Shown one piece after another: positions 1 to 9,363 of a stretch of DNA of 64,000 nucleotides; positions within the stretch are counted from its first letter, which is position 1; each line of letters opens with the position of its first letter. Both the position numbers and the translations under genes were made by a program. Source of the DNA: Vulcanimicrobiota bacterium (GTDB lineage Bacteria > Vulcanimicrobiota > Vulcanimicrobiia > Vulcanimicrobiales > Vulcanimicrobiaceae); contig OY970223.1 in the NCBI GenBank assembly GCA_963714015.1, positions 3,392,001-3,456,000 on the forward strand, read 5' to 3'. The notes beneath the pieces were generated by a model. The model made no database searches, was not told the origin of the DNA, and was given only the letters and a program-made list of their open reading frames with translations.

Positions 1-333
1 GGGATCGAGCACTTCGGTGACGACGGCCATGCCGTAACGGTCCGCAGCCTGGCGCAGCATCTTGAGCCCGTCCGCGCCCAGCCCCTGAAACGAATAGGGC
101 GACGTACGCGGCTTGAACGCTCCCCCGCGCAGCACGTTGGCGCCTTTCGAAGCGACCGCTTTGGCCGTTGCTTCGATTTGCCGGCGCGACTCCACGCTGC
201 AAGGGCCGGCGCAAATCGCCAAGACGTCGCCCCCGAACGCCGCACCGTTCGGTAAGCGGACCTCCGTGCGGGACGATCGCGCGTCGCGCCGGGCGAGTTT
301 ATAGGCGTGCGGCAGGGGCGTGAGGCGTTCCAT
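1..333 (-). CDS. aroF: 3-deoxy-7-phosphoheptulonate (DAHP) synthase, type I-beta; runs off the window
   Basis: Manual translation from ATG 333 gives ...ICAGPCSVES...LRGGAFKPRTSPYSFQGLG...VTEVLDP. Confidence 0.92.
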   Translation of the reverse strand, partial: MERLTPLPHAYKLARRDARSSRTEVRLPNGAAFGGDVLAICAGPCSVESRRQIEATAKAVASKGANVLRGGAFKPRTSPYSFQGLGADGLKMLRQAADRYGMAVVTEVLDP

Positions 334-341
334 AGACTGAG

Positions 342-1064
342 CTATAGTACCAAACTGCGCAACTGCGCCAGCTCCCGATCCGTAGCAGGGCGAGAGCGTC
401 CCGGCGGTAGATCGCCTAAACGGATCGGCCCGAACCGCAAGCGGGTCAGGGCAACGACCGGGTGCCCGACGGCCTCGAACATGCGCCGCACTTGGCGGTG
501 CTTGCCTTCGTGAACCGTGAGATCGACGATAGACTCTTCCCGGCGTGTCGCGACTACGCGCAGCTGCGCGCCGCGCGCGCGAAATTCCTCAATCTGTACG
601 CCTTGCTGAAGGCGGCGAACCTCGTCGGGCAAGAGTCGCCCTTTTACCACGGCGCGGTACGTTTTTTCGACGCCGAAGCGAGGATGCGTCAGCACGTTCG
701 CGAGCTCTCCGTCGTTGGTGAGCAGCAGCACGCCGGAAGTGTCGTAGTCGAGCCGGCCCACGGGCACGACGCGCGGTAAACCCTTCGGTATCAATTCGGC
801 AACTGTTCGCCGGCCTTGCGGATCGCGCATCGTCGTGACGACGTTCATCGGCTTGTGCATGACCAAATACGACGGCTCCTCGTTCAGAGAGACCGGCGTT
901 CCGCTGACGTCTACGCGATCGTTTTCACTTACCGTCGTGCCCAATTCGCGCACGACCTTGCCGTTGACGCGCACTTTTCCGCGCAGAATCAACTCTTCCG
1001 CCGCTCGCCGCGACGCGACACCCGCATGCGCGAGATATTTCTGGAGACGCATCTGCTCGCCCAT
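342..1064 (-). CDS. rluB: rRNA pseudouridine synthase, RluB/RsuA family
   Basis: S4 domain MRLQKYLAHAGVASRR and catalytic VGRLDYDTSG; start moved to ATG 1064. Confidence 0.9.
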   Translation of the reverse strand: MGEQMRLQKYLAHAGVASRRAAEELILRGKVRVNGKVVRELGTTVSENDRVDVSGTPVSLNEEPSYLVMHKPMNVVTTMRDPQGRRTVAELIPKGLPRVVPVGRLDYDTSGVLLLTNDGELANVLTHPRFGVEKTYRAVVKGRLLPDEVRRLQQGVQIEEFRARGAQLRVVATRREESIVDLTVHEGKHRQVRRMFEAVGHPVVALTRLRFGPIRLGDLPPGRSRPATDRELAQLRSLVL

Positions 1065-1093
1065 GTCCGGCCTGTTTCGCGCTCGTGCGCGGA

Positions 1094-1513
1094 TTACTGT
1101 GTCGTGAAGGAACCCAACGTTTGCGTTGCTGCGCACGGGCCGCCCGTGGGCGGGAACGTGAGGTTTACCGAGTACGCGGTCGAGTTTTGGAGCGCCGGCA
1201 CCACCGACGTGTACACGTTCGCCCCGGGCGTCGGCACTATTTGGTACGGTCCCGCCGTAACGGACTGCCCGCCGTTTGCCGGGACCAGCACGGGCTGCGA
1301 CCAAAGGTAGATATGGCCATACGGATCCTCCAGACGGAGCGAGAAGTTTCCGTCGGGGATCCCGGTCGCATTCGGCGCAGGATACTCGAGCGCAGGCGGC
1401 TGCGGAACGGGACTGAGCGGGCACGGATACGGCACGTGAGCCGGCGCCGAACCGCCGCCGCAGGCGACCACGGACGCCGCAAGGGCCACTGCTGCGAGCA
1501 GCGCGGCTTTCAT
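1094..1513 (-). CDS. Hypothetical lipoprotein, probably leaderless
   Basis: Lipobox VVAC after a hydrophobic stretch; TATACT lies 6 nt before the ATG. Confidence 0.7.
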   Translation of the reverse strand: MKAALLAAVALAASVVACGGGSAPAHVPYPCPLSPVPQPPALEYPAPNATGIPDGNFSLRLEDPYGHIYLWSQPVLVPANGGQSVTAGPYQIVPTPGANVYTSVVPALQNSTAYSVNLTFPPTGGPCAATQTLGSFTTQ

Positions 1514-1543
1514 GCATTCAGTATAGCCGTTTTTAGCCGCTGC

Positions 1544-1575
1544 AAAAACGGAAAAGCGCCGCAGGGCGCTTTTCG
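1544..1575 (-). terminator. Intrinsic terminator downstream of rho
   Basis: GAAAAGCGCC/GGCGCTTTTC stem followed by a T-run on the minus strand. Confidence 0.75.
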
Positions 1576-1632
1576 TGGTTCGGGATTCGGTGGCGCGCGT
1601 ATTGCTTCGGCAATGCCGGTGCGCACCGCGCT

Positions 1633-3102
1633 TTAGTACTTGCCGTTGCCCTCGTCGTAACCGCGGGAGAGCGAGAGAGCTTCCTTGGTGACGGTTTGCA
1701 GAAACTCTTCGTTCGTGCGCGTCTGCGCCATTTTGTCGAGAATGAGCTCGGTGATGTCGCCGCTGTTGAGCACGCTCGTCGCGCGGCGCAGCATCCAGAT
1801 CTTGCGCATCTCGATTTCGCTGAGCAGCAGCTCTTCGTGACGCGTGCCCGAACGCTTGATGTCGACGGCCGGGAATACGCGGGACTCCGCCAGTTTGCGC
1901 GTGAGATTGAGTTCCATGTTGCCCGTGCCTTTGAACTCTTCAAAGATCACGTCGTCCATCTTGGATCCCGTTTCGATAAGCGCCGTGGCGATGATCGTCA
2001 GCGAGCCGCCTTCTTCGATCTTGCGGGCGGCGCCGAAGAACCGTTTGGGTTTGTGGAGCGAGGCCGTGTCGAGACCACCGGAAAGTGTGCGGCCCGACGT
2101 GGGAATCACTTGGTTATACGCACGGGCGAGACGGGTGATCGAATCGAGCAGAATGACGACGTCTTTGCCCATTTCGACGAGACGCTTCGCGCGCTCCATC
2201 GCCAGCTCGGCGACGGCGGTGTGATTCTCGGGATGCTCGTCGAACGTCGAGGCGATGACCTCGCCGTCGATCGTACGCTGCATGTCGGTGACTTCTTCCG
2301 GACGCTCGTCGACCAGCAGGGCCAGGATGTGCGCCTGCGGGTGATTGATTGAAATCGCGTTCGCGATGTTCTTCAGAAGAGTCGTCTTACCGGCTTTCGG
2401 CGGCGAAACGATCAGCGCGCGCTGTCCCATGCCGATGGGGCAGAAGATATCGATGACGCGAGTGGAGAGTTGCGTCGCGCGCACTTCGAGCTTGAAGCGC
2501 TCGTTGGGGTAGATCGGCGTGCCTTTTTCGAAGATGCGGCGGCCGCGGATTTGTTCCGGCGAAAAGCCGTTGATGCGATCGACGCGGATGAGGCCGTAGT
2601 ATTTCTCGCTTTCCTTCGGACGGCGAACCTGGCCCTCGACCAAATCACCGCGGCGAAGTTCGAAGCGCCGAATCTGCGACTGGCTGACGTAGATGTCTTC
2701 GGGTCCGATGACGTAACCGTCGCGCCGCAAGAAGCCGTAGCCTTCGGGCAGGATGTCGAGCACGCCGTTGGCGATTTCGATCCCGGAACGCTGGGATTGA
2801 ATCTCGAGGATCCGCGGTATCAGCTCGTCCTTCTTCAGTTTGAGCGGAGACTCGATCTCGAACTCTTTGGCCAGCGCGTTGAGTTCGGCTTTCGTCTTTT
2901 CGGCGAGCTGTTCGGCCGTCAGCATCGGCGGGCCGGCGGCCTCGACCTGCGGGAACTGCTCGTTGTGAGGCTGTTGATTGAAATGACGATGGCGTCGCGG
3001 ACGGCGGCGCCGGGCTCCGCCTTGTTGTTGACGGCCGTTGTCGTTAGGACGATTATCGAATTGCAGTGGACTATCTCTCTCGTAGAGCGGCGCACGGTGC
3101 AT
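1633..3102 (-). CDS. rho: Transcription termination factor Rho (start uncertain)
   Basis: GVLDILPEGYGFLR, SPPKAGKT, LLDSITRLARAYN, FKGTGNMEL. Confidence 0.97.
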   Translation of the reverse strand: MHRAPLYERDSPLQFDNRPNDNGRQQQGGARRRRPRRHRHFNQQPHNEQFPQVEAAGPPMLTAEQLAEKTKAELNALAKEFEIESPLKLKKDELIPRILEIQSQRSGIEIANGVLDILPEGYGFLRRDGYVIGPEDIYVSQSQIRRFELRRGDLVEGQVRRPKESEKYYGLIRVDRINGFSPEQIRGRRIFEKGTPIYPNERFKLEVRATQLSTRVIDIFCPIGMGQRALIVSPPKAGKTTLLKNIANAISINHPQAHILALLVDERPEEVTDMQRTIDGEVIASTFDEHPENHTAVAELAMERAKRLVEMGKDVVILLDSITRLARAYNQVIPTSGRTLSGGLDTASLHKPKRFFGAARKIEEGGSLTIIATALIETGSKMDDVIFEEFKGTGNMELNLTRKLAESRVFPAVDIKRSGTRHEELLLSEIEMRKIWMLRRATSVLNSGDITELILDKMAQTRTNEEFLQTVTKEALSLSRGYDEGNGKY

Positions 3103-3208
3103 AAGCGAAAGGATCGGGCGAGGCTGCCGCGGCTTTCGAAGTGACGATGCGCTGGGGAACGTACTGCGCCGCGGAGGGTTCTTAGCGAACGCACCTCGCG
3201 ACGAGCAA

Positions 3209-3238
3209 ACTATAGCATAGGGTCGATCTCTTCGACAA
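3209..3238 (-). promoter_or_regulatory. Putative sigma70 promoter of rho
   Basis: TTGTCG-N18-TATAGT with an extended -10 TG. Confidence 0.5.
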
Positions 3239-3275
3239 CCCTCGGTCCGCGGAAGTTGCAATTCCCCTGTGCGGG

Positions 3276-3875
3276 CTAGGGCGAAAGCGCGCGCGGGCCG
3301 CTCACGAAGGGGTTCCCGCGCTCGTAAAACCGCAGGGGCCGCTCGGCCGCCTTAGTGATGCCGATCCGGGCACTGGAGCCGACGGGCGGAGCGTTCGCCT
3401 TTCCTGCGGCCAGCCACAGCGAGCGGCCGCCAAGGAGATCGGCGCCGTCCATGCTCAAGTCGATATTCAACGCCTGGCATAACCTTCCGGGACCTCGCGC
3501 GAGATCGAGCACGCGCGTCGTTCCGCGCCGCTGCTCCATGAGGGCGAGTCCCTCGAGCGGCTCTAAAGCTCGCACCAGTACGGCGGCTCCGTCTCCCGCT
3601 TTTTCGGTCGTAACGTTGACGCAAAACGACGTTCCATAGATTTTATAGACGTACGCATGAAACGGACCCAAAAACATGGATCGATTCCGAACGCTCTCGC
3701 CGCGAAAGGCGTGCGAAGCAGGATCGTCGAGGACGTACGCTTCCGTTTCGACGATCCTCCCCGCAGTGCGCCCGTCCGGGCAGTCGCGGACGAGCGCGCA
3801 TCCAATCAGCGATCGCGCAAGCTGCGCCGTCGCCGAAGGCAAATCACCGCGGCGTAACCGGCGAAAACGCGTCAC
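3276..3875 (-). CDS. mpg: DNA-3-methyladenine glycosylase (MPG/AAG family)
   Basis: GRIVETEAY, AYVYKIYG, AVLVRALEP, GPGRLCQAL, RIGI. Confidence 0.93.
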   Translation of the reverse strand: MTRFRRLRRGDLPSATAQLARSLIGCALVRDCPDGRTAGRIVETEAYVLDDPASHAFRGESVRNRSMFLGPFHAYVYKIYGTSFCVNVTTEKAGDGAAVLVRALEPLEGLALMEQRRGTTRVLDLARGPGRLCQALNIDLSMDGADLLGGRSLWLAAGKANAPPVGSSARIGITKAAERPLRFYERGNPFVSGPRALSP

Positions 3876-4285
3876 GCCGCTGCGTGCATCTCCACCTCAC
3901 CCCGGGCTCGCGCCGCCAGATCGCTATCGCTCGATGAAGCGGGCCGCATGCGATATTCTTTGAACTGATTCAGCACGCAGCGCAATCGGACATACGCCAG
4001 CGTGAGCGCGGGGGGCAGTTCGTGCCGTTCGCTGAGATCTTCGAAGAGACGCCCGTCGGAAACTGAAAGCTCGACGGACCCGATGCCGCGGCGCAGTAAA
4101 GCCGCAGCAACGGAAGTCAAGGCCGCGTAGCCGACTTCGCGTTCGAGCAACGCGGGATAACGCTTTATCTGAAACGCGACGCGCAGCGTTTGGGCCCGTG
4201 CGCCTTGGCCGATCCTCGCATACGCCACCCCGTTGCCGGCGCAGCCGGCGGCAAATCCGATGGCCGCCTTCACGAACGCTTTCAT
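3872..4285 (-). CDS. Hypothetical protein, degenerate RNase HI-like fold
   Basis: EVGYAAL...GIGSVELSVSD..L...LNQF...DLAARA resembles the RVT_3/RNase HI pattern; 4-nt overlaps with both neighbours. Confidence 0.65.
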   Translation of the reverse strand: MKAFVKAAIGFAAGCAGNGVAYARIGQGARAQTLRVAFQIKRYPALLEREVGYAALTSVAAALLRRGIGSVELSVSDGRLFEDLSERHELPPALTLAYVRLRCVLNQFKEYRMRPASSSDSDLAARARGEVEMHAAA

Positions 4286-5430
4286 GACTCTATCATAGAC
4301 CGAACATATGTTCGAGTCAACAGGTCCTCGTACACCGCGGCGACTTTGCGAGCCTGCTCTTCGATCCCGAAATGCGCGGCGCGAGCCCGTGCCCGTTCTG
4401 CCTCAACGGGGTCGGCTTGGAGCGGCATAGCTCGAATCGCGGCAGCGAACGCCTGCGGCGTCGGCCTGACCGTCCATCCGGCTCCGCCTAGAACTTCGCG
4501 CAGTTGCGGCGCGTCAGCCGAGATGACCAGCGTTCCGGCCGCCAGAGCTTCGGCCAGCACTAGGCCCTGCGTCTCCGACGTGCTCGGGAAAAGAAACGCG
4601 TCTGCGCTCGCATACAGCGCCGGCAGCTGTTCGCGTCCGACGGCGCCGAGAAACTTGACCTTGTCCGTCACTCCGGCGCGGCGGGCTCGCTCTTCCAGCG
4701 CTGTACGTTCGGGCCCGTCGCCGGCGATCGCGAGTTTTGCCCCCACGCCGGTCTGCGCCAGCGCGTCGATCAACACGTCGACGTTCTTTTCTTTGGCCAG
4801 GCGTGAGACGAACAGCAGCATACGCTCGTCCTGGGTCACTCCGATCGACGCGCGCAAGGCCTCGCTGCGCCTGCCCGACGAGAAATGCGCCAGATCGATT
4901 CCGCTCGGAATTACTTCGACGCGTGTAGTGACGCCCAGTTCGAAAAGCCGCGACTGCATCGCCGGCGTCGGCACCACCACTGCGTCGGCAAGATTGGCGA
5001 AGTTGCGCGTCAGCGTCGTCGCGGCACGCCGCGTGGCGTTCGGCTCGAAGGGGACGTAATGCGCGTACTCCTCCAAGCGCGTGTGGTACGTGTAAACGAG
5101 CGGAATGCGAAGCCGGCGCGCATACCGTACGCTCATCCAACCGGTGACGAACGGCGAATGTGCGTGCAGCACGTCCAACCGGTTGATGATCGCTTGGCGT
5201 TTGCGTCGGCTTACGAGCGGCACCGTCAGGCGATACGCGGTCTGCATCGGAAGCGGCAGCGAGGGCATCCGGTAAACCGGTCCGTCGCCTTCGTCGTATC
5301 CCGGAACGCGCGGCGCGAAGCAGTAGACATCATGCCCGAGTGCGCGCAAACCCGCAGCGAGTCCGTCGAGCGATGCGACAATGCCGTTCACGATCGGGTG
5401 GTAGACCTCGGTGAAGAACCCGATGCGCAT
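4282..5430 (-). CDS. Glycosyltransferase family 4 (MGDG-synthase-like)
   Basis: MRIGFFTEVY, YTYHT, SRLAKEKN, ETQGLVLAEALAAG. Confidence 0.9.
   Translation of the reverse strand: MRIGFFTEVYHPIVNGIVASLDGLAAGLRALGHDVYCFAPRVPGYDEGDGPVYRMPSLPLPMQTAYRLTVPLVSRRKRQAIINRLDVLHAHSPFVTGWMSVRYARRLRIPLVYTYHTRLEEYAHYVPFEPNATRRAATTLTRNFANLADAVVVPTPAMQSRLFELGVTTRVEVIPSGIDLAHFSSGRRSEALRASIGVTQDERMLLFVSRLAKEKNVDVLIDALAQTGVGAKLAIAGDGPERTALEERARRAGVTDKVKFLGAVGREQLPALYASADAFLFPSTSETQGLVLAEALAAGTLVISADAPQLREVLGGAGWTVRPTPQAFAAAIRAMPLQADPVEAERARARAAHFGIEEQARKVAAVYEDLLTRTYVRSMIES
4292..4320 (-). promoter_or_regulatory. Sigma70 promoter with a LexA (Cheo) box in the spacer
   Basis: TTGACT-[CGAACATATGTTCG]GTC-TATGAT-N6-ATG. 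Confidence 0.85.
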
Positions 5431-5770
5431 CGACGCATCATTAGCGACTGCGCCCCGTCGAACCCTCGGCACGGTTGCTTTGCAGGGTGGCCCTTCCGGC
5501 GCTATGACTTTTGGCGTAGCCCTTCGTTTGTAAAGCCATGGTAATATGCGCGAGTCACATCCTGTACCGGACGATGGAGTCGTCCGATTGTCGCGCTTCC
5601 GGTTTGCTTCGGCGCAGCGCCGCCGCCCTTTGGACGGGGACTACTCGATCGGATCGTCGACCGCAATTTACTGCTTTTGAAAGACAGCCCGCCGTTGCTG
5701 CGGCCTTCTCGGCTTTCGTGCCGTTTGCAGGCCCTTGCCCCGCCGTGATGTCCGAAAGAAAGGAGTTGGG

Positions 5771-6805
5771 TTGATAAGACGCAGTTTCAACCGCGTAGGT
5801 CACCTGGCAGCAATGGGCGCTTTCGCCCTCGGAATCCTTACCGCAGGCCATTCTTCGCCGGCCTCGGCGGCCGCCGTGCCGGCCCCGCAGCAGACCACTC
5901 ACCTGGTCTTCTTCGACTCGCAAGGCACGCAGACGCAGCACGTCACTTCGTCGGCAACCGTCGGCGCATTTCTCAAAGAACGCGGCATCGTTCCGCGAGC
6001 GCGCGACTACGTTCGTCCCGCTTTGGACACGCCGATCGGCGATAACATCGTCATCGACTACTCGCCGGCAGTTCCGGTGCATTTGATAACGCAAAGCGGA
6101 AGCAAAACGATCGTTACGACTGCCGAAGACGTCGGCGCGCTCCTCGAGGAGCAAGGCATCACGCTCGGACCTCACGACATCGTGCGGCCTTCACTCTCCG
6201 ATCCCATCGTGCCGTTTGCAACGATTCGTATCGCGCGCGTCGAGCGCTGGCTTTCGTCAGAGAAGCGGCGCGTTGCCGAACGCACCATTCACGTAATCGA
6301 TTTTTCTCTGCCGCCGGGAAAGACGAAAATCATCCGTCACGGCGCGCCCGGCATCGCCGAAACGATGGTCGATTACACGCGCACGAACGGGAAGATCGAC
6401 AAACACGTGCTCCAGACTCGGCTCCTGCGTAAACCACAGACGCGCGTAATCGCCGAAGGCGTCGGTACTTACGCGGCGATGGCGGATTTCGCGGAGCACG
6501 GCATTCAAAAAACCTCGTACATCGCCGAAGACGCGCTCGAAATGGTCGCAACTGCATACACCGCCGATTGCATCGGCTGCAGCGGCTACACGGCCTCGGG
6601 ATATCGTGCCGGGCACGGCATCGTCGCCGTCGATCCGAGCGTGATCCCGCTCGGCACTAAGTTGTATATTCCCGGTTACGGTTTCGCAATCGCGGGAGAC
6701 ACCGGCGGCGAGATCGTGGGGGACCGCATCGATCTGGGCTTCGACACGATCGGAGCGGCAATGGGGTTCGGGCGGCGCCCCGTCAAGGTGTACAAGCTCA
6801 AATAG
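5771..6805 (+). CDS. YabE-like cell-wall protein (DUF348 repeats, G5, 3D domain)
   Basis: SD AAGGAG before TTG; signal peptide; ATAY...AVDPSVIPLGTKLYIPGYG..AGDTGG..RIDL; upstream of rsmA. Confidence 0.88.
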   Translation: MIRRSFNRVGHLAAMGAFALGILTAGHSSPASAAAVPAPQQTTHLVFFDSQGTQTQHVTSSATVGAFLKERGIVPRARDYVRPALDTPIGDNIVIDYSPAVPVHLITQSGSKTIVTTAEDVGALLEEQGITLGPHDIVRPSLSDPIVPFATIRIARVERWLSSEKRRVAERTIHVIDFSLPPGKTKIIRHGAPGIAETMVDYTRTNGKIDKHVLQTRLLRKPQTRVIAEGVGTYAAMADFAEHGIQKTSYIAEDALEMVATAYTADCIGCSGYTASGYRAGHGIVAVDPSVIPLGTKLYIPGYGFAIAGDTGGEIVGDRIDLGFDTIGAAMGFGRRPVKVYKLK

Positions 6806-7617
6806 CGCATCCTAAACAACTGCTCGATCGATTCGGGTATCGGCCCAAGAAACGATTCGGGCAAAATTTCTTGATGGACTCGGGCGCTGCGGCACGCATC
6901 GCCCTTTTCGTTACCGGCAATGGACCCGTCATCGAAATCGGGCCCGGAACCGGCTCCCTCACGCTGGCTTTGCTGCAAGCCGGCGCGGACGTCACCGCGC
7001 TCGACGTCGATCCCGACATGATCCGAATCTTGCGCTTTCAGGACGAACTGCGCGCCGCGCACGTCGTCGAAGCGGATGCGCTGCAGTTCGATTACGAAGC
7101 GTTCGCAGGCGGAAGGTCTTGGCGAATGACCGGCAACCTTCCGTACAACATTGCGACGCCGCTCGTGATGCGCTTGGTCGAAATGCGCAACGGTCCCGAG
7201 ATTATCGCCGTAATGGTGCAGAAAGAAGTGGCCGAACGTTTCGCGGCTCAGCCCGGTACCAAAGCATACGGAAGCCTCAGCGTCGCGACCCAGTACGCCA
7301 TGCACGTCCATCGCGAGTTCACGCTGGGTCCGCGCGCGTTTTTTCCCGCTCCAAAAGTTGAGTCGACCGTGATCCGGCTGGTCCGGCGGGAGGAGCCGGC
7401 GGTTCGAGTTGCGGACGAGCACTGGTTTCTGCAGGTCGTCCGCGCGGCATTCGCGTACCGCCGCAAAACATTGACCAACAGCCTTTCGCTGGCACTGAGC
7501 CTCGAGCGCAAGCAGACGGCAAGCGCTCTGCAAGAGGCCGGATTCGATACGGAGATACGTGGAGAACAACTCGACCTCGCCGGCTTTGCAGCGATCTCGA
7601 ACAGACTTCGCGCCTAA
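6802..7617 (+). CDS. rsmA: 16S rRNA m6,2A dimethyltransferase; start probably non-canonical ATA
   Basis: PKKRFGQNFL (upstream of the first TTG), EIGPGTG, GNLPYNI, MVQKEVAER. Confidence 0.93.
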   Translation: MAHPKQLLDRFGYRPKKRFGQNFLMDSGAAARIALFVTGNGPVIEIGPGTGSLTLALLQAGADVTALDVDPDMIRILRFQDELRAAHVVEADALQFDYEAFAGGRSWRMTGNLPYNIATPLVMRLVEMRNGPEIIAVMVQKEVAERFAAQPGTKAYGSLSVATQYAMHVHREFTLGPRAFFPAPKVESTVIRLVRREEPAVRVADEHWFLQVVRAAFAYRRKTLTNSLSLALSLERKQTASALQEAGFDTEIRGEQLDLAGFAAISNRLRA

Positions 7618-8344
7618 CGCATTCCACTGGGCGGTAACGCTGCTCGTAATTCTGGCCGCGATCGTCGTCGTGGCCGTCGTGATCTTCGCTTCGATGATCT
7701 TTTGGATCGCGAGCCACGGCTTGGACATCGGCGGGCTCCAGCACCAGTTCGTCGGTATGTACGGCGTGGCCGTGCAGTCGGTCGGCGAAATTGCAGCCGT
7801 CATCTTCTTACTGATCGTTCTGCCGCCGCTCGCCAAAACGGATCTGCGCGGCCTAGGATTCCGCGCGATCGAAGGGCGCGACTGGATATACGTCGCCGGC
7901 GCAGTCGTGGCGATGTTCGTGCTGACGACCGGACTTGGTTCCCTTTTGGAAAGCGCGCTCCATGTAAAAGGGAACGAAGAAGCAATACAGTTGTTCCAAA
8001 ACCTGCACGGCATGCAGCGGGCGCTTTTCGCAATCTTCGCGGTCGTCGTCGGACCGCTGGCCGAGGAAATGTTCTACCGCGTTCTGATCTTCAACGCGAT
8101 GCGCAAGTGGTGGGGCCTTGCCACGGGCGCGATAGTAAGCGCGATTCTGTTCGGTCTCTCCCATGCTCAGCCGGGCTCCCTTGCCCTGAACGTCTCGCTC
8201 GTAATCCCGCTGGCCGTCGGCGGCCTTATCCTCTGCTCCGTCTACGCGCGCACGGGCAGCGCTTGGTCCAACATCATCACGCACGGCTGCTTCAACGGCC
8301 TGACGCTGCTCCTGCTCGTCGTGGCGCCGCAAATGGCAAAATAA
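7559..8344 (+). CDS. CPBP/CAAX family intramembrane metalloprotease
   Basis: EEMFYR, FGLSH and HGCFN motifs; several TM helices. Confidence 0.88.
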   Translation: MENNSTSPALQRSRTDFAPNAFHWAVTLLVILAAIVVVAVVIFASMIFWIASHGLDIGGLQHQFVGMYGVAVQSVGEIAAVIFLLIVLPPLAKTDLRGLGFRAIEGRDWIYVAGAVVAMFVLTTGLGSLLESALHVKGNEEAIQLFQNLHGMQRALFAIFAVVVGPLAEEMFYRVLIFNAMRKWWGLATGAIVSAILFGLSHAQPGSLALNVSLVIPLAVGGLILCSVYARTGSAWSNIITHGCFNGLTLLLLVVAPQMAK

Positions 8345-9363
8345 TGCGCATCGCCGTCGATGCGTTCAACCTCGCGGCGGATCGCCGCGGTATGGGACGC
8401 ATCGTGCGGACGAACATCAATGCGCTGCGGCGTTTGCCGAAAGTAGAACTCACGCTGGTGGGGCGCGACGCCCGCGCCGCATCGGAATTGCGCGAGCAGT
8501 TCGGTTTGCAAACGCTGACCCCGCGCGATTTGCGCAGCGCTGCCTTTGATGCCGTGTGGTATCCGTGGAACGGCATGCGCTTCGCGCCGCACGCCCGGTC
8601 AATCGTTACGGTCAACGATCCCTTCGCCTTTACCTATCCCGCTCGCGGTTTCGTCGCGCGCTTTCGCGAACAAGCGCCGATTCGGCGCGCACTGCGCGAG
8701 GCAGATCGCATCTTCACGCTCTCGCAGTGGGGCGCCGGGGAGGTCCAGCGGCTGTTCGCAATAGAGGACGAACGGGTCGTGGTAGCTCCGCCGCCGGTCG
8801 ATCCGTTTTGGCATCCCCTGGAGGCGCCGCGCCGCGCGCCGTACTTCGTTTTCGTCGCGGGGCCCGAACCGCGCAAGAATGCTGCGTTGCTGTTCGATGC
8901 CTTCGAGGCGGAGTTTGCGGACGCAAGCGCTCCACAGCTGGTCGTGGTCGGTAACCTGCGCAGCGAGGACGAGCGGCGTTTCGAAGCGATGCGCGCTGCG
9001 CGCGAGCGCACCCGCCCGAGCGATGAAGAACTGCGCGTGCTTTATTCAGCCGCGCTCGCGGTACTCGTGCCGTCGCTCGCCGAGGGTTACGGCATGCCCG
9101 CGATTGAGGCCATGGCCTGCGGGTCGCCGGTCCTCTCTTCGAACGCGACCGCACTGCCCGAAGCATGCGGCGGCGCGGCGCTGCTGCTCTCGCCGAACGA
9201 TGCGCAGCAATGGCGCTCGGCGATGCGGCGCGTGGCCGAACACGAAAATTTGCGATTAGCGATGCGTCAGGACGGACTGATGCGCGCGGCACGGATCGAT
9301 CCGCTCGGTTGCGCCATTACACTGCTCGCGTGCGTTCGACAATTGCGCGAAGCCGCTCGATGA
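8344..9363 (+). CDS. Glycosyltransferase family 4
   Basis: MRIAVDA, EPRKN, EGYGMPAIEAMACG. Confidence 0.88.
   Translation: MRIAVDAFNLAADRRGMGRIVRTNINALRRLPKVELTLVGRDARAASELREQFGLQTLTPRDLRSAAFDAVWYPWNGMRFAPHARSIVTVNDPFAFTYPARGFVARFREQAPIRRALREADRIFTLSQWGAGEVQRLFAIEDERVVVAPPPVDPFWHPLEAPRRAPYFVFVAGPEPRKNAALLFDAFEAEFADASAPQLVVVGNLRSEDERRFEAMRAARERTRPSDEELRVLYSAALAVLVPSLAEGYGMPAIEAMACGSPVLSSNATALPEACGGAALLLSPNDAQQWRSAMRRVAEHENLRLAMRQDGLMRAARIDPLGCAITLLACVRQLREAAR

Noticed and set aside
5540..5770. c-di-AMP (ydaO) riboswitch before the 3D-domain gene
   Set aside because: The conserved ydaO sequence blocks were not found.
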